From: Sulfurimonas sp. | GTDB taxonomy: Bacteria; Campylobacterota; Campylobacteria; Campylobacterales; Sulfurimonadaceae | DNA length: 32,830 nucleotides | Direction: 5' to 3' | NCBI GenBank assembly: GCA_012963655.1 | Contig: DTVI01000026.1 | Span: 1 to 32,830, forward strand | Shown here: positions 17,797-26,066 of the stretch, piece after piece | Numbering within the stretch: position 1 is the first letter of the stretch | Layout of the letters: each line of letters begins with the position of its first letter | Position numbers and translations under genes: made by a program | Notes under the pieces: model-generated | Told to the model about the DNA's origin: nothing | Databases searched by the model: none | Seen by the model: only the letters and a program-made list of their open reading frames with translations

Positions 17797-20700
17797 TGAA
17801 CCAGTTAAAAGAAGTCACCTTTATAAACTCAGCGACCCTTCCTTTTGCGCAGATAGATGTAGGGGCGAATACCTTGTTTTCAGGGGGAAATGGCGCGGGT
17901 AAAACGACCATTCTTCGTTCTATCTTGTATTTTTATGGAGCAGGTCGGTCTGAGAGTCTTGGGATTAGTAGAAAGAAGAAGCGTTTTGATGAATACTATT
18001 TTGCGTCTATTAATTCTTATCTTGTGTATAGGTTTCAAAATCAAGACAGTGATGTCTTAGCCATTGTTTATAAGGCAGGGGGGCTTAGAGTTAAGTACCG
18101 TTTTGCCATTGAGCGAAACAAAGAAGAGATGAAAGAGCTGTTTTTTGAAGGTAACTCTGCCTTAGAACCGAAAGACTTATGGACGCGGTTACTTGAAAAA
18201 GAGTATGAACTTTCCCCTGTAATGAACTCGCCTAAAGAGTATAAGTCTGTTTTGTATGGGCAAGATCAAAAGCTGTCGCAGTTTTCATTTTTTAGAGCCA
18301 ACACTGAGTATGAACAAATCTCTAAAACCCTTTCGAATGTTTTTATTAATTCAAAATTAGACTCAGGCTCCATTAAAAAGTCTTTGGTGTCTAGTATCTC
18401 AGGGTTTGAGCCTATTGACTTAAACCATATGAGACGAAATATTGATGACTTTAGAGTGAAGTATGATGATATCAGCTCTTTTTCTAAAAATGCGGCGGCT
18501 ATTAATGAAGCGGTGGCAAGTTTAGGACTGTATGAAGAACAAACCAAAGATCTTCATACCTTAGCCCAGCGTTTAGGCTCTAACACTAAAACGGGTGAAG
18601 AAGAACTCAATGTCTTAAAAGAAAAGACCCTAACGCTTAGCAGTGAGCTCAGTGCCTTAGACAAACATAGAACAAGTGAAGAAGAGGTGTATCAAAAGGA
18701 ACACGATAGCGCCTTAAAAGAGCAGGGTGTGTTAGAAGAAGCCATAAGTGAGTCTAAACACAAGCAAGCAGAATATACGGCCCTAAAGATTGACGAGAAG
18801 CTTGTTCTTTGGGATACAAAGCCTTTTTTAGAGGAAACACTTGTGACCTTAAAGTCTCAACTTCATAAGCTAATAGACTCACAAAGTTCATTATCTGAAA
18901 CCTTTGATGCATTACGTGAAAAAGAGATGAAGAGTTTTCATGCAAAACAGCAAACACTTCATCAAGATATTATAAAGATACAACAAGACTATAACGAAAC
19001 TAATGCCTTGTATCTAAACGAAAAAGATGAGAAGCTTACCCACCATAGAATGCAGTCAGAACAGAAGGTACAAGAACTTTCTCAAAAACTGTTAGTAGCG
19101 AAAGAAGACGCTTTTTCAGCACTGTCTCATGAAAAAATAACACAATATAAGAGCTTTGATAAAGAAAAGATTGACAAGGCTAAGAATGAGAACCATAACT
19201 CAATACGTGCCTTTGACACTGAACAAGCCAATCTTCAACTTCTGCAATCGCAGGTACAAAAAGTAGCCGAACAAATTTTCTCAGCCGAACAAGGTAAGGA
19301 CTATAAACTCCAAAACCTAAGGCTTAAACAAGATAAAGAGGTAGGGGGCTTAAAAGAAAGTATAGAAGAACTTATAAAGAAAAAAGATTTAAACTCTGCG
19401 AGTGTTCTTGGATACATGAGAGAAAATAACTTTGAAAACACAGCAGTTCTTGCCGCCTTACTTAAAGATGAGGTCTTGTTCTCACAAACCTTAAGTCCAA
19501 CACTCTCTCAAAGCAATAACAGTCTTTTAGGGCTTAATTTGGACTGTTCTTCTTTAGATATTCAAGGGTACGATCAAAGTGCTATTGCTATCTCCTTACA
19601 AGCAAGCCAAGAACGTTTAAAGCGTATGAATGAAGTGGCCTTAGTTGAGAATGAAGCCCTTGAAAATGAGGTGCGAAACAGCATTAATGCTCTTAGACGT
19701 GAACAAGGTCGTGTTAATACTCTTATAGATGAATCTTTAAGAGTACTGCCCAAGTTAGAAACCCAAAGTCTTACGAACGCAGAACACTTACAAAGCCTGC
19801 AAAACCTGGCCTCTAAGGTAAAAGATGAAGAACTAAGTCTTGCGCGAGAACAAAGAGAAGCTAAAGATACTCATTATAAAACTATGCAAGTTGAAAATGA
19901 GTATTTACGCAAAGACCTTCAAGACCAAGCCAATTTTATTATTAATGAAAGTCTGAAAAAGCAAAAAAAGCTTGATGATGAGAAGACCCTTGTACTAGAG
20001 CATAAGAATGAAGAGATTGTTAAAATAGCAAGTGAGCGTGATAAGCAGTTTGATAGTATTAAACAAGAAGAAGATGAAACCTTGATACGCGGTGGGGTGG
20101 ATGAGAGTTTATTGAAAAAATATCAGGACAATATTGAGAATAAAGAAAATGAACTGACTAAGATAGAGGCCTTCTCAAAACTTATTGCTGTTTACAATGT
20201 AGATAAAGAACGCATGTTTGATACCTTAGAGGATAAGATAAAAGAACTTGAAACACTTTCTGCGAAGTTAAAAGAAAAAGAAAAAGAACAACAACTCTCT
20301 ATGGAACTTTTTGATAAGAATAAGACAAGTATAGTTCAAGAAAGAGATGGCTTTGTACGTCAAGTATCGAGTATTCAAAAAGATTTGAAAGAATACCTTT
20401 CATTTAAAGACTCAACACTTTACATACAACTGAGTTCGTATATAGAAAACTCTGAATTAGAAGCAAGCCAAGATAATGTTTCAGACATCATCAATAAACT
20501 AAGAGACTTAGGGTTTGAGCATAGCAGTTCAAAAGACAAGTTAAGAAAGAAACTAAATAAAGCATTTTCTTCTATGAGTACCAACAATATCTTTAGTTTA
20601 TATGCACCGGGTTCTGATACGGACAGAGCTATTTTAGCCTCAGCTCATGGCTTAAAAACCTTTGTTCTTGAAAATAAGATACAAACCTATAAAGAAGAAG

Positions 20701-21425
20701 TGGCCAAAGAGTTCACTATGACCCTAAGACACCTTAGTTCTGAAATAGGCGAACTCTTAAAGGCCGAAGGTGATATCTCTAAAACAGTGTCACGTATCAA
20801 TAAAACCTTGCAAGACTTACAAGGTATTAAGGTGATTCGTGGGATTGAACTTCGCTATAAAGAGTCTGATAATCTCTTGCTCAATGTCTTAAAGGCAATA
20901 GGTCATTTAGTCGAAGATAACCCTTATGGAAATGAGGTCAATCTTTTTTCAAGTAAAATTAATGAGAGTTTTAATGAAAAAGCGCTGAAACACTTAGAAG
21001 AGTTATCCCTTCACTTAGGCGAAGACAAGTCAGACTTGTTAACCCTTGATGAAAGTTTTGTCCTTGAATTTAGAGCCATTGAAAATGGAAATGATACAGG
21101 CTTTGTACCTTCTCTTGATGGCATCGGCTCAAACGGAACAGATGTCATGGTAAAAGCGATGGTAAATATCGCTATGTTATCATTGGCGCGAAAACAGTCA
21201 TCTAAAAAAGATGCTTCGGTGTATTTCCATTGTATCTTAGATGAGGTGGGGATTTTATCACCTGCGTACCTTAAAGAACTCATTGCTTACGCTAATAACA
21301 AGCAAATACGCTTTATAAACGGCGCACCTGACGAAAAGCTTGTTTCAACCTATAAACGACTATACATGCTTTCTACAGATGAAAAGCACAGAACGGTTGT
21401 ACGAAAGTTAGTCTCGCAGTCATGA
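17796..21425 (+). CDS. jetC: JetC/MksB-like SMC-family ATPase
   Basis: The Walker A FSGGNGAGKTT (nt 17883-17909, K36) closely resembles the MukB SGGNGAGKST. About 900 aa of heptad-rich coiled coil is interrupted by a short Gly/Pro-containing non-helical segment (about nt 19400-19600, hinge-like). The C-terminal head carries a signature-like GSNGTD (21126-21143) and Walker B CILDEVG (D1149/E1150, nt 21234-21245). Confidence 0.8.
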   Translation: MNQLKEVTFINSATLPFAQIDVGANTLFSGGNGAGKTTILRSILYFYGAGRSESLGISRKKKRFDEYYFASINSYLVYRFQNQDSDVLAIVYKAGGLRVKYRFAIERNKEEMKELFFEGNSALEPKDLWTRLLEKEYELSPVMNSPKEYKSVLYGQDQKLSQFSFFRANTEYEQISKTLSNVFINSKLDSGSIKKSLVSSISGFEPIDLNHMRRNIDDFRVKYDDISSFSKNAAAINEAVASLGLYEEQTKDLHTLAQRLGSNTKTGEEELNVLKEKTLTLSSELSALDKHRTSEEEVYQKEHDSALKEQGVLEEAISESKHKQAEYTALKIDEKLVLWDTKPFLEETLVTLKSQLHKLIDSQSSLSETFDALREKEMKSFHAKQQTLHQDIIKIQQDYNETNALYLNEKDEKLTHHRMQSEQKVQELSQKLLVAKEDAFSALSHEKITQYKSFDKEKIDKAKNENHNSIRAFDTEQANLQLLQSQVQKVAEQIFSAEQGKDYKLQNLRLKQDKEVGGLKESIEELIKKKDLNSASVLGYMRENNFENTAVLAALLKDEVLFSQTLSPTLSQSNNSLLGLNLDCSSLDIQGYDQSAIAISLQASQERLKRMNEVALVENEALENEVRNSINALRREQGRVNTLIDESLRVLPKLETQSLTNAEHLQSLQNLASKVKDEELSLAREQREAKDTHYKTMQVENEYLRKDLQDQANFIINESLKKQKKLDDEKTLVLEHKNEEIVKIASERDKQFDSIKQEEDETLIRGGVDESLLKKYQDNIENKENELTKIEAFSKLIAVYNVDKERMFDTLEDKIKELETLSAKLKEKEKEQQLSMELFDKNKTSIVQERDGFVRQVSSIQKDLKEYLSFKDSTLYIQLSSYIENSELEASQDNVSDIINKLRDLGFEHSSSKDKLRKKLNKAFSSMSTNNIFSLYAPGSDTDRAILASAHGLKTFVLENKIQTYKEEVAKEFTMTLRHLSSEIGELLKAEGDISKTVSRINKTLQDLQGIKVIRGIELRYKESDNLLLNVLKAIGHLVEDNPYGNEVNLFSSKINESFNEKALKHLEELSLHLGEDKSDLLTLDESFVLEFRAIENGNDTGFVPSLDGIGSNGTDVMVKAMVNIAMLSLARKQSSKKDASVYFHCILDEVGILSPAYLKELIAYANNKQIRFINGAPDEKLVSTYKRLYMLSTDEKHRTVVRKLVSQS

Positions 21426-22273
21426 AACTGTCTTTGTCCTTAGCTAAGAAGTTACTTCGTTTAAGTGAAGATAAGGTGATGAACAACAGTGCTTTTAAAA
21501 ATGCATCAAAATTGCAAGAACTTGTAGAGTTTGGTATTGTAGATTTAAAAATTACTGGGCAAAATACAAAGATTCTTTTTATATCGCAAACTAAACTTGA
21601 CACGTACTTAAAACACCAATTTGGTATTCATGATTTACAAGGTTATGTGCAAGAAGGTTTAAATTCAAACCGAACACGAGCCAGTATCTCTCAGCAAAGC
21701 AATGACAGCAAAAGCTTTAAAACACAGGTCCAAGCAGGTTTGTATCTCGCAAGTTATGAGAAGATAGATATTGTAGTTAATGATGAAGAAATGAGTGTAC
21801 TAACGCCAAACATGATAAGTTTATTTATTCATAAAGATGCAAAGATTAAACTTCCTAAAGACATCACTCTAGTAGGTGTTGAAAATTTTGAAAACTTACA
21901 AAATATTCAAAAGCAAAAATATCTTTTTGAAGCAGGGCAAAAAAAGCTGTTTGTGTACCGAAATAAATATTCAAGAGAATTATTGTCACAAAGCTTTAAT
22001 GAATATCTCCATTTTGGGGATTTTGACTTAGCAGGAATTAACATCTTTTTAAATGAAGTCGTACCAAGACTCCCCCATGAAAGACACAAGTTTTTTATCC
22101 CTACTAATATCGAAGACTTATTAGAAAAGGGAAGTGCAGGTGATTATTTCTTGCATCATAAAAAATACCCTAACTTGAAAACAAAAATGAAATATTTACA
22201 AGATCTAATTGACCTTATCCATAAAAAGAAACGTTCATTGCATCAAGAGTTCTTAATTATGGGCACTTTGTAA
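21422..22273 (+). CDS. jetD: JetD/MksG-like Toprim nuclease subunit (compact)
   Basis: The Toprim acidic residues are present: a conserved Glu in LVGVENFENL (E154, nt 21881-21883) and a DxD in HFGDFDLAGINIF (D200/D202, nt 22019-22027). The N-terminal roughly 140 aa look like a small winged-helix-type domain. The ATG overlaps the jetC TGA (ATGA at 21422-21425). Confidence 0.75.
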   Translation: MKLSLSLAKKLLRLSEDKVMNNSAFKNASKLQELVEFGIVDLKITGQNTKILFISQTKLDTYLKHQFGIHDLQGYVQEGLNSNRTRASISQQSNDSKSFKTQVQAGLYLASYEKIDIVVNDEEMSVLTPNMISLFIHKDAKIKLPKDITLVGVENFENLQNIQKQKYLFEAGQKKLFVYRNKYSRELLSQSFNEYLHFGDFDLAGINIFLNEVVPRLPHERHKFFIPTNIEDLLEKGSAGDYFLHHKKYPNLKTKMKYLQDLIDLIHKKKRSLHQEFLIMGTL

Positions 22274-23139
22274 TATATATCTTCTTCCTCAATGAACTGC
22301 AAAGTAACTTGTTCTATGGGGAATTTTCTATCATATTTTAATGTAATGGCTTCATGAATCTTTTCTTTTAATTCTTCAAGGCTTGTAGCATGTACTTCTA
22401 TAGTGTCACTCTTTGTTTTAGCCTTGTAATAGCTTCTTTTGTAATCATGCTTTACCAAAAAGATTTGTCTTTTATACACAGGCCAGTGAGCATGTTGATA
22501 AATAAAGTACCAGTGTAAACCAGCGCCAAATATTACAAAAACATGAAAAAAGTCATGTGCTTCAACAATGCCTTCTATAAGAACAGGCCAACGTAAAAAC
22601 TCTAAGACTGCGCCAAAGGTATAGGCAAGACCCCCTAATACAAGGTACTTGGCTTCTTTAAAACCATACTGTCTTACAACGAAATAGCCTGTGAGTAAGC
22701 CTATCCAACCTAATCCTAAGTAAAAAATTAGACTCAGCCATTCAGGCATAGTGGAAAAAAAGACTGTGGTGAAAATCACACTAGGAATAGTTATACTCCA
22801 TACTAATAGTAAAACACCCCAACGTTTCACCCCTCTAAACATAAGGGTGTGAATAGGGGTAAATGTACCCGCAATTAGTATCCAAATAGCCGCGTGATCT
22901 AAGACTTGTAAGACATCTCTTGAGCTACTGTGATAAGGCAGTAAATGAAAGGTACCACTCATACTAAAAAGAAAAATAAGAGAAATTGTGTATAAGATGA
23001 CTGAGCTTACTCGCATTTTAGAACCAAGTGCTTTAGATACTAAAAAGTATCCTGCAATTAAAAATCCAAGGGCAGCTACAAGATGTAAGCAAGTACTTAC
23101 AGGGTCATAAAGCCCTAAGAAGGTGAAGTCTTCTTGCAT
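22243..23139 (-). CDS. hemolysin III/PAQR-family 7TM protein with a roughly 75-aa C-terminal soluble extension
   Basis: The family motifs are SGTFHLLPY, LDHAAIWILIAGTFTP, and HDFFHVFVIFGAGLHW. After the seventh TM comes a charged tail (KRQIFLVKHDYKRSYYKAKTKSD...EEEDIYYKVPIIKNS) that I do not expect in the roughly 215-aa canonical proteins. Confidence 0.75.
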   Translation of the reverse strand: MQEDFTFLGLYDPVSTCLHLVAALGFLIAGYFLVSKALGSKMRVSSVILYTISLIFLFSMSGTFHLLPYHSSSRDVLQVLDHAAIWILIAGTFTPIHTLMFRGVKRWGVLLLVWSITIPSVIFTTVFFSTMPEWLSLIFYLGLGWIGLLTGYFVVRQYGFKEAKYLVLGGLAYTFGAVLEFLRWPVLIEGIVEAHDFFHVFVIFGAGLHWYFIYQHAHWPVYKRQIFLVKHDYKRSYYKAKTKSDTIEVHATSLEELKEKIHEAITLKYDRKFPIEQVTLQFIEEEDIYYKVPIIKNS

Positions 23140-23140
23140 C

Positions 23141-23692
23141 CTAGTTTTGTATATCTACTAAGATGGCCCCACGTAAGTCATTCATCTTATAGTTAATAGC
23201 CTTATCTTGAGGATAATGCTCTTGCATAAAACTAGAGAGTTCTTTGTTTTTAGAGATATCTCCATGACATTTAAGACATACCGCTTTTTTTATGACTAAG
23301 GGTTTATAATATTTATGACCAGTAGGTGTTTTTTTCACAAGAAAAGGGGGAAGTTTATTTTGTTCTAAAAGAGCCTGCATCTGTTTTAAAGTCTCTTCTT
23401 CATCAGACTTAGGGGCATTAGCAGGGTTTCTTTGTTTTAAAGAGATTCGCCTAACATTAAGACCTTTTAGTTGATGTAAGTTAATCTCTTCCGTTAAGGT
23501 ATAGGCATTTTCATGACAAAATCTTACCGCAGCTATTAAACCATTTTCTTGTAATTCATTTTTGAGTTTTGAGCTAAGTTGTTTGAGTAAAGCACTTGAG
23601 ACCTTGTCTCCTGCATCAATCACATTTTGAGGAATGTCATTAGCAAATAAGGCAGAACTTAAAAGAAGGGAAATTAAGGTGAGTTTGTACAT
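23141..23692 (-). CDS. periplasmic DUF3365 (Tll0287-like) c-type haem protein
   Basis: Signal peptide MYKLTLISLLLSSALFA, a single CxxCH haem-binding motif (CLKCHG), and RRISLKQRNPANAP and DLRGAILVDI, which are typical of DUF3365. Confidence 0.7.
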   Translation of the reverse strand: MYKLTLISLLLSSALFANDIPQNVIDAGDKVSSALLKQLSSKLKNELQENGLIAAVRFCHENAYTLTEEINLHQLKGLNVRRISLKQRNPANAPKSDEEETLKQMQALLEQNKLPPFLVKKTPTGHKYYKPLVIKKAVCLKCHGDISKNKELSSFMQEHYPQDKAINYKMNDLRGAILVDIQN

Positions 23693-24579
23693 TAGTCGTC
23701 CATTTCATTGAGACTTGAATCATCAAAAGGGTCAGGGTGTATAAGCATATTCCAATTAAGATTTTCATCTATTTTTTTAATCTTATTTTCTATTGTATCA
23801 CAAACACGGTGGGCTTCAAATAAAGAAGTAGATATATTAAAAACCAGATGCACCGACATAAAGGCATCTGAACCAGAAGCCCTTGTTAGCAGCTGATGAA
23901 AAGAGGTGATATTTTTATCTTCTTTGATTATTTGTTGGATTTGTTCCACTATTTCATCAGGCATGGCTACATCCATTAGCATTAAGACCCCATCTTTGAT
24001 AAGGGAATAAGCTGAATAGATAATATATAAAGAAATTAAAATACCAAGAATAGAATCAATCATATAAATATGTGTAAAATGAATAAGCACTAAAGAAATA
24101 AGAATAGCCGCATTAGAAAATAAATCAGTTTTATAATGTAAGGCGTCTGAGCGTATGACCATTGAACCTGTTTTCTTAGCCACATATGTTAAGTAAATAA
24201 CTAAGGCAGTAGTGATAACTAAAGAGATAAGCATCACAAGGATAGATTCTTGAAGATATGAGGCTTGATGTTCTTGCATTAGTTTGTCTATGGCTACATA
24301 TAAGATATATAAGCCTGAAATACTAATTATGAGTCCTTCAATGACAGCGGCTAAGGCTTCAATCTTTCCTCTGCCATAATTAAACTTTGCATCAGGTGCT
24401 TTTTCTGAGTTATGTACGGCAAAATAATTAAAAATAGAAACCGCGAGGTCTAAAACAGAGTCAATTGCTGAGGCTAAAACGGCGACAGAACCACTAATAA
24501 TTCCAATAAAGAGTTTAATGGATATAAGAAGTGTCGCTGTAGCACTTGAGATGATAGTGGCTTTTTTTTCTAAACGCAT
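23692..24579 (-). CDS. cation diffusion facilitator (CDF) family metal efflux transporter
   Basis: Six TM helices with SVAVLASAIDSVLDL and HYKTDLFSN motifs, plus a C-terminal cytoplasmic domain. The stop overlaps the downstream ATG by 1 nt (TAATG on the minus strand at 23690-23694). Confidence 0.85.
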   Translation of the reverse strand: MRLEKKATIISSATATLLISIKLFIGIISGSVAVLASAIDSVLDLAVSIFNYFAVHNSEKAPDAKFNYGRGKIEALAAVIEGLIISISGLYILYVAIDKLMQEHQASYLQESILVMLISLVITTALVIYLTYVAKKTGSMVIRSDALHYKTDLFSNAAILISLVLIHFTHIYMIDSILGILISLYIIYSAYSLIKDGVLMLMDVAMPDEIVEQIQQIIKEDKNITSFHQLLTRASGSDAFMSVHLVFNISTSLFEAHRVCDTIENKIKKIDENLNWNMLIHPDPFDDSSLNEMDD

Positions 24580-24676
24580 ACATATCCTGATAATAGTCTT
24601 CTTGGAGGAAGTCTAATCTATTGGAATTATTTTAGCAAATAAAAGGTAATATTAGTTACTACTTTGAAGGATATGT

Positions 24677-25579
24677 GTGAATTTAGAGCAAATTCGTGAA
24701 GAACGTCAAAAATGGATGACATGGAAAAACATTGCGCCTCTTAGAGAAGCTCTTAATGAGTTAGAAGAGATTAAGGCGGAATGTAGTTTTGATGATACGA
24801 TAAAACTTAAGAGTTTAGAAGACTTAAGTGATGAGAATAAAGAGAAGATAGAAGCCATTGCAAAGCTAATGATGCCTTGGAGAAAGGGTCCTTTTGATCT
24901 TTTTGGACTCTTTATAGATACAGAATGGCAAAGCTTTTTAAAATACAATTTATTAGAGCCGTATTTTAACCTTAAGGGAAAGAAGGTTGCGGATATAGGC
25001 TGTAATAATGGCTATTATATGTTTAGAATGTTAGAACAAGAGCCTTCAAAGGTGGTGGGATTTGATCCATCTGCCTTATGTAAGTGTCAATTTGACCTTG
25101 TTAATCATTATGTGAAAAGTGATATTAAGTTTGAATTATTAGGGGTTGAACATCTTCCTTTTTATGAAGAAAAATTTGATACGGTGTTTTGTTTAGGTGT
25201 TTTATATCACAGACCTGATCCAATAGGAACTTTAAAAGCCTTAGCTAAGGGTATGAAATCTGGGGCAGAACTTTTCTTAGATACTTTTATGATAGATGGG
25301 GAAGATGATATTTGTTTGAGCCCTGAAAAGACGTATTCTAAGATACCTAATATTTATTTTGTGCCCACGGTTAAAGCCCTTAAAAATTGGTGTGGACGTG
25401 CAGGCTTTATTGATGTTGAGGTCTTAGAAATTACGATAACAACAGAAGACGAACAAAGGTCTACACCTTGGATACAAGGTCAAAGTCTAGGAAGTTTTTT
25501 AGACCCTGAAGATAGTAGTAAAACTATAGAAGGTTATCCCGCGCCTAAGCGTGTCTATATTAAAGCGAAAAGGAAATAA
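24677..25579 (+). CDS. cmoB: tRNA U34 carboxymethyltransferase CmoB
   Basis: MPWRKGPFDLFGLFIDTEWQS is the CmoB hallmark (PWRKGPF...IDTEW.SD.KW), followed by the SAM-MTase motif VADIGCNNGYY. GTG start. Confidence 0.85.
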   Translation: MNLEQIREERQKWMTWKNIAPLREALNELEEIKAECSFDDTIKLKSLEDLSDENKEKIEAIAKLMMPWRKGPFDLFGLFIDTEWQSFLKYNLLEPYFNLKGKKVADIGCNNGYYMFRMLEQEPSKVVGFDPSALCKCQFDLVNHYVKSDIKFELLGVEHLPFYEEKFDTVFCLGVLYHRPDPIGTLKALAKGMKSGAELFLDTFMIDGEDDICLSPEKTYSKIPNIYFVPTVKALKNWCGRAGFIDVEVLEITITTEDEQRSTPWIQGQSLGSFLDPEDSSKTIEGYPAPKRVYIKAKRK

Positions 25580-25581
25580 AG

Positions 25582-26058
25582 ATGGCTAAAGTTTCACAAG
25601 ATGATAATATCGAAGAGGATGATAGTTTTGAACTATGGACAGACGTTACCTTAGACACCCATGATATGATTAATAACCGTTATAGTGGTGTTTTAGAAGA
25701 GTTAAAAGAGGGATATGCAAGGGTTTGTTTACTAACAAATGATGAGATGGCTGTAGATTCTTATGGCTTAGTACATGGTGGCTTTATATTTTGTGCCGGT
25801 GATTTTGCGGCTATGGCAGCTATAAATGATCCTAATGTTGTGCTAGCCTCATCAAATTCTGATTTTTTATCACCCGTAAGAGTAGGTGATGAAGTAGTAT
25901 TTGTAGCCCATGCACGTCATAAAGATGGACGTAAACGTGAGGTTAAGGTTATTGGAAGTGTTTTAGAGATTAAAGTCTTTGAAGGGACTTTTAAAACAGT
26001 AGTCTTAGACAAACATATTTTAAAACTTGACCTTATGCATGCAAGTAAAAATGATTAG
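25582..26058 (+). CDS. hotdog-fold (PaaI-like) thioesterase
   Basis: The motif LVHGGFIFCAGDFAAMAAIND and the 158-aa size fit. The gene begins 2 nt after cmoB. Confidence 0.65.
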   Translation: MAKVSQDDNIEEDDSFELWTDVTLDTHDMINNRYSGVLEELKEGYARVCLLTNDEMAVDSYGLVHGGFIFCAGDFAAMAAINDPNVVLASSNSDFLSPVRVGDEVVFVAHARHKDGRKREVKVIGSVLEIKVFEGTFKTVVLDKHILKLDLMHASKND

Positions 26059-26066
26059 TCACATTC

